Source of the DNA: Clostridia bacterium
GTDB taxonomy: Bacteria > Bacillota > Clostridia > Oscillospirales > Acutalibacteraceae
Direction of reading: 5' to 3'
Assembly (NCBI GenBank): GCA_017416485.1
Contig: JAFQCH010000009.1
Span: 81,654-113,653 of the forward strand
Length of the DNA stretch: 32,000 bases
Shown here: positions 17,109-25,216 of the stretch, one piece after another
Numbering within the stretch: the stretch's first letter is position 1
Layout of the letters: every line of letters starts with the position of its first letter
Translations under genes and position numbers: made by a program
Notes under the pieces: model-generated
What the model was told of the DNA's origin: nothing
What the model saw: only the letters and a program-made list of their open reading frames with translations
The model's database searches: none

Positions 17109-17680
17109 ACAACTCCAATGCGGACGCACGTATTTTCCGCAGGCTACGTACAGCCTATGCACAACTGCTGCAGGAAAACGGCATCGATGAAATCACAGTT
17201 ACAGAGCTGACCGGGCAGGCAGACATGTCCAGAGCCACATTTTATTTACATTACAGCAATATGGACGAATTCAGAAATGAGTGTTTCCGCCATATTGTTA
17301 CCACTGCGTTGCGCCAGTGCGGACTGTGGTTTGAAGCCGGCAGAGATGGGATTGAGGAAGCCCACAAAAAGAAAAATCTGATCATGAACCAAAACGACCG
17401 CGATCTGTTCCGGTTTTACATGTCGCAGGAGATCTACAAGCAATACCATTACATCTCCACCATTTTTGACATGCGCACAGCCATGCACATTTTTACAGAC
17501 ACATGGTCGGATGCATTTATTGACGAAAACAGCGGCAAGCTGACGGTTTTCTTTACGGGCTTCATTGTAAATACCATGCCGAATCTGACAAATTACAGCA
17601 GCAAACAGGTGCGCCGGGAAATGGAATATATTTTTGAAATCTGGGATTATCTGTTTCCCGGACAAACAGAAAACACATAA
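17105..17680 (+). CDS. Second TetR/AcrR-family regulator paralog (191 aa)
   Basis: HTH is ITVTELTGQADMSRATFYLHYSNMDEF. The start overlaps the upstream stop as ATGA (17105-17108). Confidence 0.8.
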   Translation: MNNSNADARIFRRLRTAYAQLLQENGIDEITVTELTGQADMSRATFYLHYSNMDEFRNECFRHIVTTALRQCGLWFEAGRDGIEEAHKKKNLIMNQNDRDLFRFYMSQEIYKQYHYISTIFDMRTAMHIFTDTWSDAFIDENSGKLTVFFTGFIVNTMPNLTNYSSKQVRREMEYIFEIWDYLFPGQTENT

Positions 17681-17765
17681 AGCACCGTTCTCCTAAAATC
17701 AAAACTGCAACAATTGTGACGAAAATAACATATTCCCATCACGGAAATTAACATGCTTTTCACAC

Positions 17766-17806
17766 TTTTGTGATGCTGTTTTGAACATTAAAAAAACATC
17801 ACAAAA
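17766..17806. promoter_or_regulatory. Inverted repeat TTTTGTGATG-N21-CATCACAAAA (operator candidate)
   Basis: Perfect 10-bp arms at 17766-17775 and 17797-17806. Related half-sites TTGTGACG (about 17714) and CATCACGG (about 17737) lie upstream. It sits in the AT-rich leader between the TetR pair and the giant gene. Confidence 0.35.
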
Positions 17807-17830
17807 AGACAATCATAAAAATGAAACAAA

Positions 17831-17868
17831 GCACCCAATTTTGTCAATTATTTGACAGAATTGGGTGC
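17831..17868 (+). terminator. Long hairpin: terminator of the TetR operon and/or palindromic operator
   Basis: GCACCCAATTTTGTCAA-TTAT-TTGACAGAATTGGGTGC forms a 17-bp stem (one G.U pair as RNA) with a 4-nt loop, followed by ATGTTTTCTTGT. As DNA it is a near-perfect palindrome containing TTGACA/TTGTCAA. Confidence 0.4.
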
Positions 17869-17876
17869 ATGTTTTC

Positions 17877-17906
17877 TTGTAAACAGACAAATATGAATAG
17901 TATAAT
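17877..17906 (+). promoter_or_regulatory. Candidate promoter of the giant secreted-protein gene
   Basis: TTGTAA (17877-17882), 18-nt spacer, TATAAT (17901-17906), about 90 nt upstream of the start codon. Confidence 0.4.
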
Positions 17907-17994
17907 CTATACAAAGGCTGACATTTTTGTATTATATTACCAATGCAAACTGCAAAAATTCAAGGCTTTAAAATTTTTTTCAGGAGGCTTTTTT

Positions 17995-20900
17995 ATGAAG
18001 AAAACACTTGCAATCATCCTTTCGATCCTTATGATGTTTGCTGTTCTTCCTGTCAGCGGCTCGGCAGCAGAAACTTCTTATAACAGAAGTGACGTTGCCA
18101 GCGGTATCGTTGCAGACCTGACAGCGGAACAAATGGCAAGCGTCATCCTCGATTGGGTAGACAGACAGATTGCCAAAGTCACCGAAGACTTTGAGTCCTT
18201 TGAAGTGAATGTCATGGGCACAACCGTTGCTGTTGACATTCCCGAAATCAAGACACTTGATGACGTGATCACTTACAAGGATTATCTTGCAAAGCTTGAA
18301 GGCGATTTTGCAAGCCTTGACACCACCAACCTCATCACCCGCGAAGCAGCAGGTTCTTCGCTTGATTTCATCTACGGTGTCCTGCAGTTCATGGCAGACA
18401 ACTCCGAAATTTTCGGTAAAGTCTTCCAGTGGGAAGCCGGCAAGGTATTTGACTACGGCAAGGTAGGCGAATACATTGAAGCACTCGACCCCGCAGTTGA
18501 AGAAAACAAGCAGATCATTGATTTCTACAACAACTATCTCATCGGCAACGACATTCAGGATAAGTTCATTGACTGGGTCGCAGCACAGATGAAGTATGAA
18601 TACGCTGTTGATGAAAACGGTGAAAGAAACGAAAACTTTGACGACATCATCAACAACGGCATCCTCGAATGGTTTGCAGGTGTCTGCGAACAGATGGGTA
18701 TCCTTTCCGCTGACGGCATTGCCGCTCTCAAGGCTTATGACCTGAGAACCACCGACATCTACACTCTTGTAAAGAACCTTGTCGGCCTTGTTGAATCCGA
18801 CAACGAAGTCAAGATCAACACTTATTACACCTATCTTCTTGACACCGTCGTTCGCTCCCTTGTAAAGACCATGCTCGGTCAGAGTGCTGTTGTCGGTGCA
18901 GAAGCTGAACTTCCCGCATCCTTCAATGCAGTTTACACAGACCTCGCACTCCTTGAAACCGTTTCCGGTGGTAATGTATATTATAAAGATGGCGAAAACT
19001 ACTATGCCGTTACCGTTGCTGACGGCATTGCAACCGCCAAGACCCTTGCTTGGGAAAACACCCTTGATGTTGAATTCAATCCTCCCGTTGTCGGCGTTTA
19101 CACCGGAGCTACCGATTCCGCTGACAAAGAAATCGCAACCTACGCTTGTGACCTTGTGCAGGAATACAGACCTGCCATGGATTACACCATGACCATCTAT
19201 TCCGCTTATGCAGATCAGATCAACGGTCAGCTCGGTGAAATGCCCGAAGGCCTGACCCTTGCAATCACCAACGAAGCCATCCCCGCAGAAATCACCGCCC
19301 TTATGGTAGAGGACAATGCCAAATCCATGCAAGACCTCTTTGCATTCACCGTTGACATGGGCGAAACCAACCTGCTCAGCCAGGTCATCACCTTCCAACA
19401 GATTGCAGACCTTGCAGAACAGAAGGCTCTTGAAGCTGCACAGACCATGGGCTCCGCAATGATCGGCACACAGGTCAGCGGCATTACGGTCAAGGAACTG
19501 CAGATCAACGACATCTCCATCGACCTTGCTTATAACGGCTATGCAACCGAAGATGAATTCATCTGCCAGGTCAGCTCCAGCGCAACAGCTGATGTCAAGC
19601 TTGTCGGTTCCATGGAAGTCATGGGCACCACAATGGATATTCCCCTTGACCTTCCCGGCTTTGATGTTTCCTCTTACATCAACAACCCCGTAGCAACCAT
19701 CGTTCTGGATAATCTTTCCGGTTCTCTTGACATCGACGCAGCCGCAATGCTTCCCGATTTCATCGACACCGATTTCGTCATTGACTACGAACCCATCGCT
19801 GTTTCCGCAAACTATGACACCTACAACGGTGTTGTAGGCCAGGCAAACCACATCCTCTACGGTATTGTCGATATGCTCGTTTCCGACAACGGCATGCAGA
19901 CCCTCGGTCTTGTTGACGGCGACAACACCAACCTTACCGACAACCTGCAGAAGGTCTGCGACACTGTCAACGACATGATGGCACAGGCTGAAGAACTGCT
20001 CAACGATGCAGGTCTGCAGGAGCTGCTGAAGACAGCAGGCGTTGACGTTGCAGAAATTCTCAACGGTCTGAACCTCGATCTTCTTTACATGATCGACTTC
20101 TCCTCTGTTGAAGCTCTTTATGTATCCGCTATCTCCCTCGGCCTCGACATCATCGACGACGGCTCCAACGAAACCATCACTGCTGTTCATGCAGCACTTG
20201 AAGGCTGCGCAACCCTTGATGCAATGGCAGTTGCCGCTGCTGACTATCTCCTCGCAGAATGCATCCCCGCAGTCAACACCCTCGTTGAAGATCTGAAGGC
20301 ACAGTACACAGACGTTGAAATCGGCTTCGAACTGTCCGTTCCCGCAAAGACCGATGTCGCTTCTGTCGCTGACGGTGCAGGCAAAGACATCATCATGACC
20401 AAGGCTGTTGACGTTCTTTATGAAGCTGCAGTAGAAGGTGTTGCTCTTGCAAATGCAATTGCAAACGATGTTCTGGCTGACGTTGCAACCGAAATCGGCA
20501 TGGATATGCCCACCGTTGCATTTGAACTCAAAGTTGCAAAAGGTGCTGACTGGGCAGAAACCCTCGCAGCTCTTGTGAACAGAGTATATAAACTCACCGA
20601 CGGCATCATCATTGCCTGCGACAATGAATACACTGACACATTCGACAAGATCAGTGCCGTTGCCAACGCAATCCTGCCTCTCGGCTCGCTTGCTTCCAAC
20701 TGTGCAAGTGAAAACTTTGCATTCGACATCAACACCGTCATGGGTTATCTCTTCAACGACGGTCTTGAAGGCGACCTCGAAGGCTTCCTTCGTCTGTTTG
20801 AAACCGCTGAAAAGACCGCTGATGTTGCAGCCGGTGTTCCTGTAACAAAGGCCCTCATCAACGCTTCCCAGCACATCGTTGACAGCATCTTCCCCGGCAC

Positions 20901-21591
20901 GGTTGTTGCTGAAAATTACGAAGCATCCGTCACCGTACAGGAAGAATTCACTTCCGGTGAAAATGATGTTGTGATCGCTTCCAACAATATGGACTCCATC
21001 AACAACAGAAAGGCAGACCTTGTTCCCGCCGCCCTCAATCTCGTCAGAGAAGCAGGTATTCTTCCCTACTTTGCAAAGTGCGAACTTGACCACACGGCTA
21101 CTGACCTTGCAACCGTTCTCATTCCCGGCACGGCAGCTACCTGCACCGAAGACGGTGTGGAAGATGCATATGCCTGTGCAGACTGCGGTTATATCGTCCG
21201 TGGCGGCGGTGTGATCACTGCAAGCGGTCACAACCACACCTCCAAGGTTACCTCTGCTGCAACCTGCACGGCAGAAGGTGTTGAAACCTTCACCTGTGCA
21301 ACCTGCGGTGATACATACACCAAATCCATTGCAAAGCTTTCCCACAGCTACGGTGCATGGACCGCCAAGACCGATGCAACCTGCACGGCAGACGGCGTCA
21401 GCGAACGCAAATGTGCCTGCGGCAAAACCGAAACCAAGGCAATCCCTGCAACGGGTCACGCAGATGCAGACAGCAACTATGTCTGTGACAACTGCGGCAC
21501 CGAGCTTGAAAAGCCCGAACTGAATTTCTTTGAAAAGATCATAGCTTTCTTCCAGAGCATCATTGATTTCTTCAAGAATCTGTTCAGCTGA
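17995..21591 (+). CDS. Giant acidic secreted protein of unknown function (1198 aa) with C-terminal Cys/His repeats and an aromatic C-terminal tail
   Basis: The track start 17821 spans the hairpin and promoter. ATG 17995 follows AGGAGG plus 6 nt and yields the signal peptide MKKTLAIILSILMMFAVLPVSGSAAE. The body is D/E/A/T/V-rich with few K/R, and I recognise no motif. The last ~150 aa carry three and a half TCTxxGV...CxxCG...GH repeats. The final 23 aa are LNFFEKIIAFFQSIIDFFKNLFS. Confidence 0.8.
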   Translation: MKKTLAIILSILMMFAVLPVSGSAAETSYNRSDVASGIVADLTAEQMASVILDWVDRQIAKVTEDFESFEVNVMGTTVAVDIPEIKTLDDVITYKDYLAKLEGDFASLDTTNLITREAAGSSLDFIYGVLQFMADNSEIFGKVFQWEAGKVFDYGKVGEYIEALDPAVEENKQIIDFYNNYLIGNDIQDKFIDWVAAQMKYEYAVDENGERNENFDDIINNGILEWFAGVCEQMGILSADGIAALKAYDLRTTDIYTLVKNLVGLVESDNEVKINTYYTYLLDTVVRSLVKTMLGQSAVVGAEAELPASFNAVYTDLALLETVSGGNVYYKDGENYYAVTVADGIATAKTLAWENTLDVEFNPPVVGVYTGATDSADKEIATYACDLVQEYRPAMDYTMTIYSAYADQINGQLGEMPEGLTLAITNEAIPAEITALMVEDNAKSMQDLFAFTVDMGETNLLSQVITFQQIADLAEQKALEAAQTMGSAMIGTQVSGITVKELQINDISIDLAYNGYATEDEFICQVSSSATADVKLVGSMEVMGTTMDIPLDLPGFDVSSYINNPVATIVLDNLSGSLDIDAAAMLPDFIDTDFVIDYEPIAVSANYDTYNGVVGQANHILYGIVDMLVSDNGMQTLGLVDGDNTNLTDNLQKVCDTVNDMMAQAEELLNDAGLQELLKTAGVDVAEILNGLNLDLLYMIDFSSVEALYVSAISLGLDIIDDGSNETITAVHAALEGCATLDAMAVAAADYLLAECIPAVNTLVEDLKAQYTDVEIGFELSVPAKTDVASVADGAGKDIIMTKAVDVLYEAAVEGVALANAIANDVLADVATEIGMDMPTVAFELKVAKGADWAETLAALVNRVYKLTDGIIIACDNEYTDTFDKISAVANAILPLGSLASNCASENFAFDINTVMGYLFNDGLEGDLEGFLRLFETAEKTADVAAGVPVTKALINASQHIVDSIFPGTVVAENYEASVTVQEEFTSGENDVVIASNNMDSINNRKADLVPAALNLVREAGILPYFAKCELDHTATDLATVLIPGTAATCTEDGVEDAYACADCGYIVRGGGVITASGHNHTSKVTSAATCTAEGVETFTCATCGDTYTKSIAKLSHSYGAWTAKTDATCTADGVSERKCACGKTETKAIPATGHADADSNYVCDNCGTELEKPELNFFEKIIAFFQSIIDFFKNLFS
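21130..21519 (+). repeat. Protein-level tandem Cys3-His repeats (three full units plus one half unit) inside the giant gene
   Basis: Units: TCTEDGVEDAYACADCGYIVRGGGVITASGH / TCTAEGVETFTCATCGDTYTKSIAKLSH / TCTADGVSERKCACGKTETKAIPATGH / YVCDNCGTEL. Confidence 0.7.
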
Positions 21592-21624
21592 TTATTGATT
21601 TTCCCTCTCAATCTTCCCCAATAA

Positions 21625-21668
21625 AACAATACGGGCAGCCCGCAAGGGTTGCCTGTATTGTTTTTTTT
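21625..21668 (+). terminator. Rho-independent terminator of the giant gene
   Basis: A 15-bp stem (CAATACGGGCAGCCC / GGGTTGCCTGTATTG, two G.U pairs) closes a GCAA tetraloop and is followed by T8 (21661-21668). Confidence 0.75.
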
Positions 21669-21671
21669 GTA

Positions 21672-21700
21672 TTGCAATTGCAATTTGTTTTTTATATAAT
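21672..21700 (+). promoter_or_regulatory. Candidate promoter overlapping a 12-bp palindrome
   Basis: TTGCAA (21672-21677), 17-nt spacer, TATAAT (21695-21700). The -35 element is part of the perfect palindrome TTGCAATTGCAA (21672-21683). Confidence 0.45.
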
Positions 21701-21725
21701 ATAAGCGTAAAGGGAGGGAGCATTG

Positions 21726-23012
21726 ATGTCATTCTTATTGGGTGTTTCCCGAAAAGAAATTACCCCCGACCTCGGGGGTAATTTATATGGATACCACGAC
21801 AAGATTTTTTCAGAGCGCATCAACGACCGCCTGTTTGTAACCGCATTTTGCTTTGCGGATGAACAGCAGAAGGTGCTGCTTATCAGCTGTGATGTCTGCC
21901 TGATTCACAATACACTTTGCGAGCGCATCCGACAGACGATTGCAGAAAACGAGAATATCCCCTTTGAGAATATTCTGATCCATGCCATCCACACCCACAC
22001 AGGCCCCAACACCGCAGGTGAAGAGGGCTGGGGCAAAATCGACATGCCCTACTGCGAAAGCATTTTCATTCCTGCCATTCTTGCAGCAGCCAAAGAAGCC
22101 TGTTCTTCCTTGCAGGAAGCGAAAATGGGATATGCCTGCACCGAAAGTCAGGTCGGCATCAACCGCCGTCAGCTGCTCACGGACGGCAGAATCGATTTCG
22201 GACAGAATCCGTGGGGTGTTTATGACCCGACGATGAGCGTTGTTTCCTTCGTGGATGAAAACCAAAAGCCGATTGGCAATTTTATGCACTACGGTGCCCA
22301 CAACACAGCCTGCGGCGCCATCACCACCATTTCGCGTGATTGGTGCGGTGTTGCCATTGACCGCCTTGCACAGATAAGCGGCGGTATCACGGCATTCTGC
22401 AACGGCTGCGAGGGTGACACGGGACCGAGGCTTTCCAACGGACAAACCGTCGGTGATATGCAGCATGCCCTCGAATTGGGCGGCCTTGCAGCATTGGATG
22501 CTGTCAGAGCATGGAAAAACATAAAAGGTTACACAAGTCCGACCATCACCGTCCTGCCTGTGCAGGTAAAGCTGCCCCTGCAGCCGAGAATTCCCCTGCA
22601 GCAAGCAAAGGACGGCTACGAGCAATACAAGGATTTTGAAATCAATATTGAAAGGCAGACCGCACACTATTACGAAAAGGTCATTGCCGCATGGGAAAAT
22701 AACCTTCCGCAGGAGCAATTCCGCACGGTTGACATCAGCCTTGTGCAGCTGGGCAATGTGGTCATCATCCCCTTTGCCTACGAAATGTTCACGGAAATCT
22801 CCCTGCGCATCAAGGCAGCCTTTCCCCATAAGCATATTCTTTGCATGAGCAACACAAACGGCAACAACAGCTATTTCCCGTCCGCCGATCAGATCATCCG
22901 CGGCGGCTATGAGGTGCAGATGTTTAAAACAGGCAACGGCCTGCAGTCACCCGTGGACAATGCAGATGATTACCTTGTACAGGCAATTGTCAGAAAAATG
23001 GAGGAACTTTAA
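21726..23012 (+). CDS. Neutral/alkaline ceramidase-like N-terminal-domain protein (428 aa), no signal peptide
   Basis: RBS is GGGAGGGAGCATTG-ATG. The pattern GVSRKEITPDLGGNLYGY...NDRLFVTAFCFADEQQKVLLISCDVCLI...ILIHAIHTHTGPN matches the ceramidase_alk-type pattern (ITP..G..L.GY...D.L.vrA......++vl+s.D......ATHTHsGP). Confidence 0.65.
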   Translation: MSFLLGVSRKEITPDLGGNLYGYHDKIFSERINDRLFVTAFCFADEQQKVLLISCDVCLIHNTLCERIRQTIAENENIPFENILIHAIHTHTGPNTAGEEGWGKIDMPYCESIFIPAILAAAKEACSSLQEAKMGYACTESQVGINRRQLLTDGRIDFGQNPWGVYDPTMSVVSFVDENQKPIGNFMHYGAHNTACGAITTISRDWCGVAIDRLAQISGGITAFCNGCEGDTGPRLSNGQTVGDMQHALELGGLAALDAVRAWKNIKGYTSPTITVLPVQVKLPLQPRIPLQQAKDGYEQYKDFEINIERQTAHYYEKVIAAWENNLPQEQFRTVDISLVQLGNVVIIPFAYEMFTEISLRIKAAFPHKHILCMSNTNGNNSYFPSADQIIRGGYEVQMFKTGNGLQSPVDNADDYLVQAIVRKMEEL

Positions 23013-23015
23013 GAT

Positions 23016-24176
23016 ATGTACAGAATCGGACAAGAAGAAATCAATGCCGTCAAGGAAGTCATCAAAACAAAGGACTTCTTCAAGGTCAACAATTCCTGCA
23101 AGGCCGTTTGGGGCTTTGAGGAGGATATGAAAAACTATTTCGGTGTCAGCTATGCTTCGTTCACCACAAGCGGCACGGGTGCACTCGTTTCGGCCTTGGT
23201 GGCACTCGGTATCGGCCCCGGGGATGAGGTGCTCGTCCCTGCCTACACCTACATCGCAACCGCCATGGCGGTGCTGAATGTCGGTGCTATCCCCGTTGTC
23301 ACGGAGGTGGATGCAACCCTTTCCATCGACCCCGAGGACATTGAACGCAAAATCACCCCTGCTACCCGTTGCATCATCCCCGTGCACATGAACGGCAGAC
23401 CCTGCAACATGGAAAAAATCATGGCCGTTGCCAAAAAGCACAATGTGCTCGTGCTCGAGGATGCCTGTCAGGGTGTCGGCAGCAGCTTCGGCGGAAAATA
23501 CTGCGGCACCTTCGGCAACATGGGTGCATTCAGCTTCAATTTCTTCAAGATCATCACCTGCGGCGAGGGCGGCGGTGTGATTACCAACAATCAGAAGCTG
23601 TATGAACGCTCCTGCATTTATCACGATGCCTCTGCCATTGCCTTTTTCGGCGAGCAGATGAAGGATTTCTCCGAACAGGGTTTCTGCGGAACGGAATACA
23701 GAGGCAACGAGCTTCTTGCTGCCGTTATGCGCTGTCAGATCAAAAAGCTCGACGGCATTGTGGCAGATCTTCGCAGAACCAAGCAGGCTGTGCTCGACAA
23801 ATTAGACGGCAGAATTGCCCTTGCACCCGACAATGATTCAAACGGTGACACGGGCAATATCATTGCATTCCGCTTTGATACCAAGCAAGAAGCCAAGGCA
23901 TTTTCGCAGAAAACAGGCGGCATGATTCCTGCCGAATGCGACCGCCATGTATATACAAGCTGGACCCCCGTCATGGAAAAGCGCGGTGCACTGCATCCGC
24001 TGATGGATCCGTTCAGAATGTCTGCAAACGAAAAGCTGCGCCATAACTACACCAAGGATATGTGTCCGGCTTCGCTTGAGCACCTCGCAAAAACCGTTTA
24101 CTGCTTCGTCAATCCCGACTGGACCGAAGCCGACATCGCAGCGGTCGCCGACAAGCTTCTTTCCGCTTGCAATTAA
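23016..24176 (+). CDS. DegT/DnrJ/EryC1/StrS-family PLP-dependent aminotransferase (386 aa)
   Basis: TSGTGALVSALVALGIGPGDEVLVPAYTYIATA ... VLEDACQGVG ... FSFNFFKIITCGEGGGV (the Schiff-base Lys context FSFxxxKxxTxGEGG) is typical of this family. There is a 3-nt gap to the upstream gene. Confidence 0.8.
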   Translation: MYRIGQEEINAVKEVIKTKDFFKVNNSCKAVWGFEEDMKNYFGVSYASFTTSGTGALVSALVALGIGPGDEVLVPAYTYIATAMAVLNVGAIPVVTEVDATLSIDPEDIERKITPATRCIIPVHMNGRPCNMEKIMAVAKKHNVLVLEDACQGVGSSFGGKYCGTFGNMGAFSFNFFKIITCGEGGGVITNNQKLYERSCIYHDASAIAFFGEQMKDFSEQGFCGTEYRGNELLAAVMRCQIKKLDGIVADLRRTKQAVLDKLDGRIALAPDNDSNGDTGNIIAFRFDTKQEAKAFSQKTGGMIPAECDRHVYTSWTPVMEKRGALHPLMDPFRMSANEKLRHNYTKDMCPASLEHLAKTVYCFVNPDWTEADIAAVADKLLSACN

Positions 24177-24229
24177 GCGAATAATATGTTAAAATATATG
24201 TATTCTAAACAAGAAAGGAACAAAGACAC

Positions 24230-25204
24230 ATGAAAAAGAAAATACTTTGCCTTGTTCTGTCCGCTGTTATGCTGATTCTCGGCTGCTGCATCCCTGCAGC
24301 TGCAATGGAGCTGCTTCCCGAGGAGGAAGTGATTCTTGTGGCAGAAGAAGTTGCCGAAGGCCCCTATGCCACACCGTATGAAGACAGCCGTTACCTTGCT
24401 TACGGCGAATATGTGCTTCATTTCCGTGTGAAAGAAGCCGCCAATCCCGTCGGTCAGATCATAATGATCCACGGCTTTGCCCTTTCCGGCTATTGTTGGG
24501 AAAACCTTGCAAACATTCTTGTTGAAAACGGTTATACCTGCGTACTTGTTGATTTGCCCGGTTACGGCTATTCCACCCGTGAAACCACCAAAACCGAGCG
24601 CATCGCAAGAACACAGCTTGTGCATACCCTCATGACATACCTCAGCGATGAACCGTGGATTGTTGCAGGCCATTCCATGGGCGGCTACTATGCCCAGGGC
24701 ATGATGCAGGAATATCCCGACTCCGTTTCCGCTTTGCTGCTTTACGGCACGGCCGGTAACGCAGGCATGGGCGAGGGCATCAAAAATATGTTCACCTTTG
24801 CTCCTGTCATTACCGTAATGGGTGCTATGATGGAAATGCTTGTCAAAATGGACTTCGTGTTCAATATGATGCTCAAGATGGGCTTGCAGGATAACGAATA
24901 CTACGCAACCTACGATGTTGCAAAAGTCAAAGATCCGCTGTCCATCAAGGGAACAGGCAAAGGTGCCATCTATTGCTTTACCGAAGTTCCCGCCACCGAT
25001 TTCCAAGGTCTTCGCACCTGCGGTAAGCCCATCTTCTACTGCAACGGCACGCTTGACAACGTTATTCCCAAGGCAGACCGCGTAAAATTTGCAGCCCACC
25101 TTCCCAGTGACGCTGTCTGCGTTGACGTTGAAGGCGGCGGCCATATGTTCATTGAAAACTACGCAGAAGAGGTCGCAGCCTACACCCTTGCATTTCTCGG
25201 TTAA
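24230..25204 (+). CDS. Secreted (possibly lipoprotein) alpha/beta hydrolase (324 aa)
   Basis: The signal peptide MKKKILCLVLSAVMLILGCC is lipobox-like (ILGC). The HG oxyanion motif is IIMIHGF, and the nucleophile elbow is the canonical VAGHSMGG. Confidence 0.8.
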   Translation: MKKKILCLVLSAVMLILGCCIPAAAMELLPEEEVILVAEEVAEGPYATPYEDSRYLAYGEYVLHFRVKEAANPVGQIIMIHGFALSGYCWENLANILVENGYTCVLVDLPGYGYSTRETTKTERIARTQLVHTLMTYLSDEPWIVAGHSMGGYYAQGMMQEYPDSVSALLLYGTAGNAGMGEGIKNMFTFAPVITVMGAMMEMLVKMDFVFNMMLKMGLQDNEYYATYDVAKVKDPLSIKGTGKGAIYCFTEVPATDFQGLRTCGKPIFYCNGTLDNVIPKADRVKFAAHLPSDAVCVDVEGGGHMFIENYAEEVAAYTLAFLG

Positions 25205-25216
25205 GGAGTAAAAACA

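Noticed and set aside
17821-17994. 58-aa upstream extension of the giant protein ORF
   Set aside because: It covers the 38-nt palindrome and the candidate promoter and has no RBS. ATG 17995 has AGGAGG at ideal spacing and starts a textbook signal peptide.
17980-21459. 1159-aa minus-strand ORF, nearly as long as the giant plus-strand gene
   Set aside because: It is in exact codon register with the plus-strand gene, so it is a shadow ORF caused by absence of TTA/CTA/TCA codons. It has no RBS or promoter at its start. Its composition is implausibly Cys/Gly/Val/Asn-rich. The plus-strand frame has an RBS, a signal peptide, a promoter and a terminator.
21430-21460. IPATG in the giant protein as a possible sortase (LPXTG-like) sorting signal
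   Set aside because: It is the end of the third Cys/His repeat; the equivalent positions in the other units read ITASGH and IAKLSH. It lies about 49 aa from the C-terminus. It is not followed by the usual hydrophobic span plus a basic tail.
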